The notes under the pieces are model-generated. The model was not told the origin of the DNA and did not search any database. It worked only from the letters and a program-made list of their open reading frames with translations. A program made the translations under genes and the position numbers. Below, in pieces: positions 51,232-63,721 of a DNA stretch of 63,721 bases. Source of the DNA: Octopus bimaculoides (taxonomy: Eukaryota). The stretch lies in the NCBI RefSeq assembly GCF_001194135.2, contig NC_068990.1, positions 87,822,314 to 87,886,034 on the forward strand. The letters run 5' to 3'. How positions within the stretch are numbered: position 1 is the first letter of the stretch; every line of letters begins with the position of its first letter.

Positions 51232-51842
51232 ACCACTTCGTGTGTATCTTTGCTACATTTGTAAGGAATCATTTATGCCACGTTGTTACAGTCGTATTTC
51301 TTTTTCCATGATGTTACCAGCTGTTATATATATATANNNNNNNNNNNNNNNNNNNNNNNNNNNNNNNNNNNNNNNNNNNNNNNNNNNNNNNNNNNNNNNN
51401 NNNNNNNNNNNNNNNNNNNNNNNNNNNNNNNNNNNNNNNNNNNNNNNNNNNNNNNNNNNNNNNNNNNNNNNNNNNNNNNNNNNNNNNNNNNNNNNNNNNN
51501 NNNTATATATATATATATATATATATATGCTTAAAAGAGTGTCTTTTGTTCAATAGCAGTTGATGATGTGATGCCACCGAAACATCTAGAATTCCGGCTA
51601 GATAACTCGTGATTCCATATTTTATTTGTGTAGCATTTTTGAGATCCATTCTTCCCATTTTTTTCATTTGTGTAGGTGTAAAGCAATGTTTTTTTATGTA
51701 GACGCTACTACCCTCTGGGGTGGTGGAAAATTTTATAAGGGTACCGGAGACAAAAGGAATGATGGAGAATGATCGACGCATATGTACAATTTATGTGGTT
51801 TTTGTCTCCTCTTTAATTGTATTAATGCATTTTGTTCACGAG

Positions 51843-51880
51843 CGACTGAAGAGGTGAAAAGCCCCCGAAACATTCAAATC
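51843..51880 (+). ncRNA. Weak minimal hammerhead-like motif
   Basis: CTGAAGA GGTG-AAAAGC-CCCC GAAA CATT. Both core halves are intact and stem II is 3 of 4 bp, but there is no convincing stem I. Confidence 0.25.
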
Positions 51881-53624
51881 TCTCAAAAAGTAACTTGCAG
51901 TGAATATTTCATATATTTTTATGTGGCATATTTATAAGTTTACTTTTCTATTTGTTTGATTCACAATCTCATAAAACCGTTGAACCGACTACCTACTGAG
52001 TCGTTGTGCACTCTCAATGATTAAATATCTCAATGATTAACTAAAGTTGTAGTGGCTAGATTCATGAACGTCTCTATAAGATGTGTGTGCGTGTGTATAT
52101 GTGTGTGTATGTGTGTGGGTGGGTGTGGGTGTGTGTTTGTGTGTGTACCTGCATACGTGTTAGTTAATTTTATTCATTTTCTCAATAGACTCATCTTTTC
52201 TTCTACCTCTTTTCTCTCTTTTCTCGCTTCCTCTCCTTTCTTATTTTTTTCTAATCAACAAAATTGCATCCCTTCCCCTTTCCCCTTATACTTTAATTCT
52301 TAATTTTATTATTGTTTTGCTGCAACTGTTACATGATCATGCAATAAAATCATTCAGCTGAATAGTCAAAGGATGTATAAACATTCAAATATTTCTACTG
52401 CGTCTATTTCATGCTTCATTCATCGTTATCAAGAAACCCGAAGTTTTGATTTTCGTGCGTCGAAGTGGTTGATTCAGTCAGGAAAACTTTGTTTACAGCA
52501 AGGGTAACTAACTAGTTTATGACACTGATTTTGCTAAGGATCTTTGCATATCTATGGTTTGACAAGAACTGAAAAGAAATAAAAGCTTAAACATTTGTTT
52601 GCAATATTTGTTCCAAGTAAAAATGAGCTCAGGGTTTACTGGCTAATTATTCCTAATTCAACTTGAATTTAAAGTCACTCGAAAATTTTGGTTTGTGATC
52701 TCTAAGAGCAGGTCATGGTGAATGAAGGGCTAAATATCCTATATTAAGGTTATTAGCTGTATCTTTAGCATCTAGGTTAAAAGAGTTGTATATGTTGGTG
52801 CCAGAGGTATTGTAAATATTAGTGGTGTTATTAGATAAGTCTCTCGTACATGTTTTTGTTTATTCTATAAAAGATTTTGGTCAGCAAAACATGTATCCAT
52901 TTTTGATTATAAAAAGCTGTTAAATGCATGTTTAAAGAGCTTTGGAAGCTGTTGTCGACTGAGTGGTGACTCTCATTATCAGATTGAAGAAATCTGTTTC
53001 GAATGACTTGATTTTTTTTTTTTCTTTTTTTTTTTCTTGATTTAAATCCAAATATTCTGTCTGCTTGATTTCGAGGAATGCAATTGTCGATAAAATGAAT
53101 ATGTCATCACTTTCTTTTTATAAGAATCTTTCGTTTTTCTGATTAAACTTTGCGGGGTTTCTCTTTCTTCTTTCTTTCTTTTTTCTATCTTTTTTTTTTT
53201 TTTTTTTTTTTATGGAATAGAGATATATTTGGTGAATCCGTTTTTCTACAGTACTCAACAACAAAATTGAGCAATATGTAAGCACTTGAATAGGAGTAAG
53301 AAGGTATTTTCATCGCCACATTTTCCCCATTCCTCGACTCAACAATTATTTTGCTTTTGCTCAAGAAAACAATAGGATGTTTTCACATTGTAAGCAATCT
53401 CCACAGCTAAGACTTTCATATAATTGACTTTACATTTATCAACATTACACAAGTTTCAAGTATTCTGATTTACGGTGTGTCACATATACATATACAAGCA
53501 TACATAGCAGAAGCGTCTACAGGTGAAACTCGGGGTAACAAGAGACTGACTCGACCAAAATAATACACGCGTGTGTGCGTAGATATATATGTGTATATAT
53601 ACATATATATGTGTGTGTGTGTGT

Positions 53625-53674
<50 letters not shown>

Positions 53675-53723
53675 ATACACACACACATATATATATATAT
53701 ACAGAGAGAGAGAGATGCAAGCA

Positions 53724-53778
<55 letters not shown>

Positions 53779-54059
53779 ATATATATACACATACACACAC
53801 ACACATGTATTTTGGGATTGGACATATAAACACACATGCCAGTTGTTGTTTGTTTAGATTCTTTTCCAATTATTTTTTCGTCACATAATATCTGTAACCT
53901 TTCCAATGGGTACAGATTTTTCAAATGATTATATAGATTTTCTAACTGAACTTCTTGTGCCGTGTTACAACTCAATGGATTGCGTGTGAACTGATATTTT
54001 TATTTATTTATCTATTTATTTTATTACATTTCCTTTCATTGATGCTAACGTATGAACAT

Positions 54060-54460
54060 GTATACGCGTGTGGTGGTGATTGACATTATCTGGTTTTAGT
54101 CTTATTGTATCCTTATTCTGGTTAAAGAGCTTTGTTACACAATTCATTCTTTGTATTGAGTGTGCAGGGGTGGTCAGAACCTGTTTCCTGTGTTTGTCCA
54201 GCCTTTGCAATTAGTCTTACTTAATGTTAGGCATTTTGGATGTCTAGACAAGTTTTATTTCAACATTTTTATTCGGAGGCTAGTTTCGTTTCATTGTATT
54301 CTCACTAATGTTCAGCAGTCCTTTTACTTAAACTGCAGGTCATTTCTCCTGTAGTGGTATCCAACATTATCTTTCCATGCAATTTGTATACTACATTTCT
54401 AATTTTGCTCATCCAACCCACCGATAAAACTACATACAAAATAATGAGATATTTCAAAAG
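54060..54460 (-). mobile_element. Penelope-like element 3' remnant with degraded GIY-YIG endonuclease
   Basis: Minus strand RNVVYKLHGKIMLDTTTGEMTCSLSKRTAEH matches the PLE pattern N.VY...C..C...Y.GET...L..R..EH in spacing, although the cysteines are lost. Confidence 0.5.
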
Positions 54461-55504
54461 TATAAAAATATTGGTTTCAACACTTGGCTTCAGATCAAAA
54501 TTCCTGCAAGACAAAATCATAAACGAATTATATACATACATACATATGTAAGTATATATATATATATATNNNNNNNNNNNNNNNNNNNNNNNNNNNNNNN
54601 NNNNNNNNNNNNNNNNNNNNNNNNNNNNNNNNNNNNNNNNNNNNNNNNNNNNNNNNNNNNNNNNNNNNNNNNNNNNNNNNNNNNNNNNNNNNNNNNNNNN
54701 NNNNNNNNNNNNNNNNNNNNNNNNNNNNNNNNNNNNNNNNNNNNNNNNNNNNNNNNNNNNNNNNNNNNNNNNNNNNNNNNNNNNNNNNNNNNNNNNNNNN
54801 NNNNNNNNNNNNNNNNNNNNNNNNNNNNNNNNNNNNNNNNNNNNNNNNNNNNNNNNNNNNNNNNNNNNNNNNNNNNNNNNNNNNNNNNNNNNNNNNNNNN
54901 NNNNNNNNNNNNNNNNNNNNNNNNNNNNNNNNNNNNNNNNNNNNNNNNNNNNNNNNNNNNNNNNNNNNNNNNNNNNNNNNNNNNNNNNNNNNNNNNNNNN
55001 NNNNNNNNNNNNNNNNNNNNNNNNNNNNNNNNNNNNNNNNNNNNNNNNNNNNNNNNNNNNNNNNNNNNNNNNNNNNNNNNNNNNNNNNNNNNNNNNNNNN
55101 NNNNNNNNNNNNNNNNNNNNNNNNNNNNNNNNNNNNNNNNNNNNNNNNNNNNNNNNNNNNNNNNNNNNNNNNNNNNNNNNNNNNNNNNNNNNNNNNNNNN
55201 NNNNNNNNNNNNNNNNNNNNNNNNNNNNNNNNNNNNNNNNNNNNNNNNNNNNNNNNNNNNNNNNNNNNNNNNNNNNNNNNNNNNNNNNNNNNNNNNNNNN
55301 NNNNNNNNNNNNNNNNNNNNNNNNNNNNNNNNNNNNNNNNNNNNNNNNNNNNNNNNNNNNNNNNNNNNNNNNNNNNNNNNNNNNNNNNNNNNNNNNNNNN
55401 NNNNNNNNNNNNNNNNNNNNNNNNNNNNNNNNNNNNNNNNNNNNNNNNNNNNNNNNNNNNNNNNNNNNNNATATATATACAGGATTTGTATATGTACAGG
55501 ATTT

Positions 55505-56290
55505 GTTTATTGAATGGTTTCTTGAACATTTCTGGCCTAATATCAGCTGTTATGGACAGAAGAATAATTCTAAACCCAAGGCACTTCCGCTTTTTCCACA
55601 ATGCACCGGATCTAGATTCAAATCTAGCTTCACTACTACTAATGTGTATACTAGCTGAATTCATTTTCATTCTACCAAACAGAAGCTCATTACAACTGAC
55701 CCTATGGATCAGAGAGTTATTTTTGTTTTCATGGTGCATTACCTTAGGAATAATTTTGGCCAGTTGATTACGGCAACGAATGATAAACCTCGGTCTGTCA
55801 AAGAATTTTGAACAAATTACAGCAGTATACAAGCAACAAAAGTATTTAAGATGCTTTAGAAGTTAAATCTTTACATTGATCTAGGTTTGGAAAAAATTGG
55901 GTTGAAATTTAGTTAAGGAAAGTCATAGGGCAGAAGTTGAAACCGTCTAAATCAGCAATAATCTTGCACAAATTACACAGAAAATGGGATTTGGATAAAG
56001 TGCTGCAGGTTATATTCAGAATTTAGAGCATATTGATAACGAGATCCTCATCTGTGAAGATTTTTAAAGAGTCAACAGAAACGCAAGTGTCTAGTTCAGA
56101 TAATGAAGAAAAGATTCCTCCACAAACGGCTTTACAACAAAGCTTTGGTGATAATGTTAGTACTTTAGAACGATTTTCAAAAAACGATCAATATTTTGAA
56201 CGAAGCATGAAAGCTAAATTATAGGTAATGCTAGCATGAATTGTTACTGGGAAGAATTAGAGTTTCGTAAAAAGAAGCAAGCAGCCAACA
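55505..56290 (+). mobile_element. Degraded Tigger/pogo-family transposase remnant
   Basis: Across frameshifts: EWFLEHFWPNISCYGQKNNSKPKAL..FHNAPD...FIFILPNRSS...PMDQRVI...WKK..., plus a Tigger-like acidic C-terminus. Confidence 0.72.
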
Positions 56291-56680
56291 CCTGATACAT
56301 CTTGTGTTATACAAATAAAACTCTGACTGAATCAGCAGTACCGCATTTTACTTTCTCGTACATTTTAGTCGCACAAACTAAAGAAAGAGTATGTACATTT
56401 TTTATTGAGTTACTTCGTTGTGTTCAAAAGATTTTTCTCTGCATAAATTCGGAGCCTACTGTATTTTAAATGCGTGTATATTTATTTATTTTATCCCTTT
56501 TCTTTTTTTCTTTTTTTTTTTTCAATAATGAACGAACTTATCTGTACAAAAACTATCTTTTATCTTTTTCTGATAAAGAAGCGTCTAGAAGCAAAATAAA
56601 GAGGTAGAACATATTAAAGTCGTTAATTGAGGCACTTTGTGTGTGTGCTTGTATGTGTGTGTGCTTGTGTGTGTGTGTGC

Positions 56681-56715
<35 letters not shown>

Positions 56716-56853
56716 NNNNNNNNNNAAAGTGTATTGACAATATGGGTGCATACTTTGATGAATAAAACTATTCTTTGTATTTATAAAACGTTCGCAAAGT
56801 TTTTTTTCTTTTCTACAAATTTCATACTTGCGAATTAATATATTATACATACG

Positions 56854-56892
<39 letters not shown>

Positions 56893-57004
56893 TGTATATC
56901 GATATATATGTCATATACGTAACCTATTTAGTGGGTGTATAAACAGGACTAACTTAATTATTTCTCCGTTGACTGAAAAAATTATGAACCTTAATTGATT
57001 TTCA

Positions 57005-57359
57005 ATATACACACGTACAGACATGCATGTATGCACACATACATACATACATACATACATACATACATACATACACACATACACACATACATAGATGCAT
57101 ACATACATACATGCATGCATGTATGTATGTACGCATACATACATGCATACATGCACACATGCATACATACATACATACATAATACGTACATACATACATA
57201 CATTCATGCATACATGCATACATGCATAGATACATATATGGATACATACGTACATGCATGCATATATACACGTACACATACACACATACGTACGTGCATA
57301 CATACATACATACATACATACATACATACATACATACATACATACATACATACACATAC
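57005..57359. repeat. Degenerate (CATA)n array
   Basis: Read directly. Confidence 0.95.
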
Positions 57360-58051
57360 GTGTCATATGTCATGTTTCTGTGGAAGAGATCACACGTGAT
57401 TAGCAGCTGCCCAAAAATGCCATCAAGGTACTTCCTCCCTATGCGACAAGACGTTGTCACAAAAACAATATAAAATACCGTTCGCAAAAAAGACTGTCCT
57501 GAAATAGATATAGAGAATCCCCTTGTTATTAAAAACGTACACAAATAGCAACGCAAGAAATACTGGTGGAACATCCCCACCATGACATCTGTCAAGCGTA
57601 AATATAACAGGCTGGATATTGCTATTTGAGACAGAGAAGAAAAAGTATGTACCGTCATAGAGGTCAGCTGTCCTGTTGATGTGAATATCTCTTTGGAAAT
57701 CAAAGAGAAAGAAGATAACTATGGACAACTGCTTCAAAACCTTCAGCTTCTATATCCAGGTTGCAAATTTACATTTATACCAATAATAGTTGGATTAATT
57801 GGGTTTGTAAGTAAAAGACTAACTGTCAGCCTGGGAAGCTTGGATTTTCAGAAAAAGAAATTAACGAGTTGATTCACACATTACAAATACCATCTGTTGG
57901 CAGAACAATAAAGCTTTACAAGACTTTTGTCAGGTTTAAAATGTGACATTGTTTTTGTTATCTACATTCCAATGATGGAGCTTTCTATCTTTGTTAGAAA
58001 CCAGCTCCTTCTTCAGAGGAAAGATTTAAATGATTAAAAACTCAATAGTGA
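57360..58051 (+). mobile_element. 5'-truncated RLE-type non-LTR retrotransposon (zinc knuckle plus PD-(D/E)XK endonuclease) in (CATA)n
   Basis: Across small deletions: C..CHVSVEEIT.VISSCPKMPSRYFLPMRQDVVTKTI, then KYWWNIP...KYNRLDIAI*DREEKVCTVIEVSCPVDVNISLEIKEKEDNYGQLLQNLQLLYPGCKFTFIPIIVGLIG. Stop at 57944-46. A ~105-bp 3' UTR ends in CATACAAACATTCATT. Confidence 0.85.
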
Positions 58052-58084
58052 CATACAAACATTCATTCGTACACATGCCTTATG

Positions 58085-58245
58085 TCAGATTGATTCCAAA
58101 TGCAGATAAGATCCTCCTCGTTGGTGACTTCAATGCCCGAGTTGGATGTGATCACGAACGTTGGGAAGCATGGTCTCGGCAGGATGAACAGTAATCGTCT
58201 TCACCTTCTTCAGTTTTACATTGATTTGAACTCGTTTGCAACGCT
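58085..58245 (+). mobile_element. RTE-clade AP-endonuclease fragment
   Basis: IPNADKILLVGDFNARVGCDHE then VGKHGLGRMNSNRLHLLQF, matching GDFNA.VG...G..G.G..N.NG..LL. Confidence 0.8.
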
Positions 58246-58249
58246 ACAT

Positions 58250-59230
58250 ACAACATCGGCCTCCCTCGTCACTTTGCATCCCGCTGAAACTGGACATAAA
58301 AACGCCTTTAACAGCGTGAAACGGAACCACACCTTGGACACGTGTCAAGACGAGTTCCCTCACTACACTCACTTGCATACCTCTCCTATGGAACATCCAG
58401 CACACACATGGCTGCTGACAACAGGATCGCTTCTTCCAAGGATGTCCAGCAGGGTGACCCTCTTCGTCCATCTTTTTTTCGTCGACTGTCGATGGTTTTG
58501 TTCAGTCAGCCCCTCACCCTTTAATGTCTGGTACCTGGATGACGCGACTGGGGTGACTTGACAGTAGCTGGGGACCCTCAGCATGTCATCCCTTGATGTC
58601 AACCTCCTTGAGCTTGAAATCAACCCGACCAAGTCGGAGGTGATAACTGTGAGCTATGGTGATGCTGAATCCCCAGGACACCGTACTCAGCATCCAGCCC
58701 ATTTTGGCGGGATTCGGCTGATGCCAAGGGATGCCGTCTGCATTCTTGGCTCCCCAATCCTTCCGCAGACCATAACGGAGTGTCTGGAGACCAAGCTTGC
58801 GGACACGCCGCTCTGAACGACATAATTAGAAAGGATTCTCGTCCGACTGGAGCCAGTAGGTCTTGACCACGTGGCTAGTAAGCGCCTCAACGGAAAAAGA
58901 ACCCATACGAGGGAAGTAAATCTCCAATATGGGTTTCGACACGTTCTTCGCCTCCAGCCTTTCTGCATCACCGCAAACTATAGTATCACCGCCCCTAACG
59001 CAGAAGAAAGATAAATACAGGAGCTGACTGCCCGCTATTCATTTGTGCCGGTCGCCTTCGAACCCTCGAGTGTTCTTGGACCTCGCACGATTGATTTCCT
59101 CCGCAAAATCGAGATAACTGCGGCCCGTCTGAGAAATGAGCCCCGCGAGGTGGTGTGGTTGTTGTAGCGTGTGTCGCTGGCCATCCTTCGCAGCAACGTC
59201 TTTGCAATTATGACCGCGAAGCACGGCTGA
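58250..59230 (+). mobile_element. CRE-like (RLE) non-LTR retrotransposon, degraded and internally deleted
   Basis: KNAFNSVKRNH...AYLSYG...VQQGDPLRP...VWYLDDA...LEINPTKSEV...ILGSPI, then RKEDKY.ELTARYSFVPVAFE...LG...DFLRKI...RVSLAILRSNVFAIMT. The WYLDD RT motif and C-terminus are CRE-type. Confidence 0.78.
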
Positions 59231-59832
59231 ACACGCCATTTGGTCCAGGATGTTACTCTCCGTACCACTCCATCTTTTACTGTTTAATTCCTCCACTTTT
59301 TCTTTTTCTTTGTTTCCTTGATGAGGTTGTTCTGGGTTTTAATTTTTTTTTTTTTTGGTGGGGGTAGGTCTCGATAATTTGATCTTTTATACCTTTAATG
59401 GGATTTTTCATTCCTTCCTTCCTGTAAGAATACAAAATGCACTTTCATTTCTATCCTCTCTGAAAGTCGCCGGCGGCGAGATTTGAACTCAGATTTAAAT
59501 GTATTTATAGGTAAGGAAATATTGGAAATCATTTTGCCCAGGTAGTCTAATGATTCTGGAAACCACCGCCATATAAGACATGAATAATAAAGAACCAGAA
59601 AGAGGAGCCTCTCTATGGTCCCTCTACATGCTAGAAANNNNNNNNNNNNNNNNNNNNNNNNNNNNNNNNNNNNNNNNNNNNNNNNNNNNNNNNNNNNNNN
59701 NNNNNNNNNNNNNNNNNNNNNNNNNNNNNNNNNNNNNNNNNNNNNNNNNNNNNNNNNNNNNNNNNNNNNNNNNNNNNNNNNNNNNNNNNNNNNNNNNNNN
59801 NNNNNNNNNNNNNNNNNNNNNNNNNNNNNNNN

Positions 59833-59882
<50 letters not shown>

Positions 59883-60559
59883 GGGGAGTAGGTGCCATTG
59901 TAGTAGCTTTAGAAGAGACATAGGAGAGTACACAGCTAATTGGTGAGATAATGTTTGTAAGGGTTTGATGTGTGAAAACCAGATGCTGTTGAAGTGGCGG
60001 TAAAAAAAGTAAGACGGCTAAACTGGAGGGGAACAATGTTTGCTACATTTCAAAAATCAGTCCTATTTTCGCTTGATTAGGCGCTATTATATTCTGTTGT
60101 AGGATTTTGAGATAGCTTTATCCCAAACTAAATGTTTTAGTGTCACAACTCCAGTGGAAAATGAGAGACTGTCATCGATGTTTTTTTGTTTTTTTAACTC
60201 TGAGTCGATCTTAAGCCATCAGATTTGTAATCAAAAACATTCTAACCATAACCAACAGCATTTTTCTTTCTTTTTTTGTCGTAGTTTAACCCTAAAATAC
60301 ATTATCCAAAATGTTCTTTTTCGAGACGATGAGTGTAGTTTGATGGTAACCTGGCTGTTGTTTCTAGCAGATCGAGAGACACGTGGAGGTTCCTTTGCGG
60401 ACTTTGTTGTGGAAGGTCCCCCGTGGTAATGATGTGAATTGATTTTAAAACCAAAAATCCTGTGCTTTTTATGCTTTGTGTTTTCACGGGAACGAAACAG
60501 GATGTGACATTCATGCTTTCTCCGAAGGTTTCGGCAGTTTGAAAGTAAAGGGAATTAGG

Positions 60560-60888
60560 GTTTCAACAAGCGAGAATTGAAACCGTCTCGTGAACAGAGC
60601 GAAGCCGGTAGCTTAGTTGTCGCCCACCCGGCCGCTCGCTCACCGTTCACTAGTCCGCACGGCCTACAACGGCTTGCACACTCAAGAAATCAATAGTAAT
60701 CATACTGATAGTAACATCAACAATATAAGGACAGCAACATCGGCAGGCGCAGCAGAAGAAGGCAGGGTACAGCAGCACCGGTAACAACAGCAGCAGCAGT
60801 AAAGAGAAAGCAATTATAACAGGATACGTCAAGTTTAACATCGGGATTTGCAGTTGTGGAGTAACCAACTCATCACGTTCCAACTATT
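60560..60888 (+). promoter_or_regulatory. Possible promoter / non-coding first exon
   Basis: Locally GC- and CpG-rich unique sequence, ending in a donor-like TATT|GTATGT and followed by CT-rich intron-like DNA. No ORF on the plus strand. Confidence 0.2.
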
Positions 60889-62179
60889 GTATGTATTTTT
60901 AGTACGTACAAACACCATACTGTATTTTTTTACTATCTTTTTCTGTGTAATTTCTCTATATATCTAGCTATTTATATATCTGCGTGTCTATATGTCAGTG
61001 TTTCAATCAATCTATCTATCGGTGGGTCTTCCTGTCTCTTTAGCTGTTTGTCCATCCTTCTTTCTTTCTCTCTCTCTCTGCTTGTCTATTGATCTATCTT
61101 TCTATGTATCTATCGACCGATGTATTTATTTGCCCGTCTACTTAGTTGACTGCCCATCTATCTATCTACCCGTCTCGCCTGCACATCTATCTATCTGCTT
61201 ATCTTTATATGCGCTGTCCTACCTAACCATCTGTCTCTCTTTTTTTTCCCCCATTTATATAATCAACACGACAAATTTATAACGATATATTATGACTATT
61301 TCTAACACCTCTTGGCTCTTTATTTTATAAACATTCATTTGACAGTCTCTGCATTTTATTCACCTACCTCTGTTTATATTATTGTCCATCCTTTTAAATA
61401 ATCCCCCTGTCTACCCCGGGTATATTCCAGTGGACCTTATCTAATATATCATACGAATTCTACTGTTTGGTGGTTGGCTCTGTATTAGATAAACAGACTG
61501 GTTTTAATATATCTGTAGACATTTTCGGAGAAATGTTGCGAAAGTAACCATTCTATAATATTAGTCTTTCACTCTGCGTGGTACATGTCTGTCTGTTTGT
61601 CTCTCTACTTCTCTCTCTTTCTAAATAGCCCTGCCTTTCTTTACACACCCCTTATTAAATAGCAGCTTCCCTTCATACATTACAGCTTTCGCATATATAT
61701 ATATATATATATATATTGTAGATACATACCTGGTGGTAAGTATGCATGTGAAGTACTGAGTGTGCTGTAACCTGACCAGATTGTTATTTTTCTGGTATTG
61801 CTTTCGACTTTTGTTCCGTCATATATAATAAACATATTTATCTATCTATCATTCTCTCGTTTTATACACATACACACACTCACAAACATGCCTACCTATA
61901 TGCCTATCCGTTTATCTATGCATGTTTGTCTACCTGTGTGTTTGTTGGCGTGTCATTCAAGCCATCTGTGTATCCATTTGTCTGTTTATCGGTGTAATTA
62001 TTTTGTCTCCTTTTTATCCCAGTGTGTGTGTGTGTCTGTATGTACATGCACATACACACACACATACATTTCTCTTCATTATCAATCATTCATTGTTTCC
62101 AGCAGTCTTTGTATTTTTCCTTCTCTCGCTTTATTTTTGTTTTTGAATCTTCTTTTTGATGTATAACACTACACACGCG

Positions 62180-62223
<44 letters not shown>

Positions 62224-62454
62224 AACAAACAAGCACGCACGCATACACTTACACGCGCTATACTTCCGCAGTTCTTGCTACGAATCTAATTATTTTGACG
62301 CTTTCTCTTTCGTATAATTCTCGATAATTTGTAGAAACTGTTATCAATTTCTATTTTTTCCCCCCGTCTTTATCTCCACCTCTTTTTACATGATAAATAG
62401 TATTATCTTCATTAACCGGTCTGAGTGTTTTATCTGTAACGCGGCGATGTCCTA

Positions 62455-62513
<59 letters not shown>

Positions 62514-62759
62514 NNNNNNNNNNNNNNNNNNNNNNNNNNNNNNNNNNNNNNNNNNNNNNNNNNNNNNNNNNNNNNNNNNNNNNNNNNNNNNNNNNNNNNN
62601 NNNNNNNNNNNNNNNNNNNNNNNNNNNNNNNNNNNNNNNATACACGCCACAACCTTCGTTGCACTTACAATTTCCAGTTACACGTTTATCGTCGTTCATT
62701 TCACATCTCTTAGTTTAAATAAAATGAAATCGCTCCGCATTTTCGCTTTTTAGTATTTT

Positions 62760-62818
<59 letters not shown>

Positions 62819-63186
62819 TTGCTGTTTGCCTTCTTCCTCGTCTAAAAACAAGAGCACGGAAGAAACAGTGAAGAGATCGACGAGGTGAAAACACAAGAAC
62901 GGAATCTTGAGAAAACAGACACAGTTACAGTGATGAACAACATCAGAAACAAACACGCATACACTTAAACAAAACTATTGCTCACACATGCATTGAGAGA
63001 TAGTGCGTGTGCGTTACATACGTTACACAGTTGCTTACAGAGAGATATTGAAAGAGACAGACAGAAGATCACAGATGTACAAACAACAAAGCCACTGGGA
63101 TAATCATATAGTCAGTCACTTATATACACACAGAGTAGCTTTCTTATTTTGCTAAGTATTTCTGGTGCCAAGCTCTTCAGAGAGAT

Positions 63187-63240
<54 letters not shown>

Positions 63241-63721
63241 TTCTCCTAGTTATCCATACCCCTCTCTTTACATCTGTCTCTATGGCACTCTGACACTTTA
63301 TTTCTGTGACACACGCTTTTTAGCTTTCTAAAGCAGCCTACTCCGTTTATTAGCTTTATCTTCTGTTTCTCTCTTTTCAATGTTTACTAATTTACTCCCT
63401 CTTATTACACTCACTGTCCTTTCTCTCTTGCTATATGAATTTTTCTCACTCTCTCCTGCTCACTCCGTTTCGTTCTCTCTTTAAAGATGACCACTTGTCT
63501 GGTGTGCAACAGGAAAATAGAACGACTGACCAGCAACAAGATTCAAAGAAAGAAACGGATTAAAACTATGAATAAAGCAACAAAACATTAGCTGAAAAGG
63601 GGGGAGATCCCTGGAGATGTTTCCATATTAACTAAACACATCAGCTTGTTAGTTGTCTATCGTTTCACCCAAATTGTCTCTTCTCACCCACTTTGGTATC
63701 GTTCAACCAAGGAAAACCTAT

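Overview
This is repeat-rich, AT-rich animal genomic DNA from a gapped short-read assembly. It has 15 N-gaps, most of them bounded by microsatellites. The abundant tRNA-derived SINE families resemble those known from Octopus, so a cephalopod source is inferred, not proven. No intact protein-coding gene is recognisable, and almost every entry in the ORF track is a microsatellite or gap artefact. Recognisable content is as follows: two mariner and two Tigger/pogo remnants; RTE, R4/Dong-like, other RLE-type and CRE-like non-LTR retrotransposon fragments; a Penelope-like GIY-YIG remnant; about 15 SINE copies; mini- and microsatellites; and one plausible 102-bp exon. The most striking signal is a set of type I hammerhead-ribozyme (HHR) motifs carried by small non-coding repeats. 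(i) A 343-bp repeat family occurs as a divergent foldback at 20.25-21.19 kb and as a partial tandem at 50.69-51.15 kb, with compensatory stem changes between the loci. (ii) An unrelated 298-bp tandem repeat lies at 26.64-27.06 kb. (iii) A perfect 180-bp inverted repeat lies at 35.15-35.57 kb. Families (i) and (ii) look like non-LTR retrozymes, and (iii) looks like a Penelope-type pseudo-LTR. Every individual copy of (i) and (ii) has a core or stem mutation, but their consensuses rebuild a canonical HHR. All folds were paired by eye, and no activity is shown.
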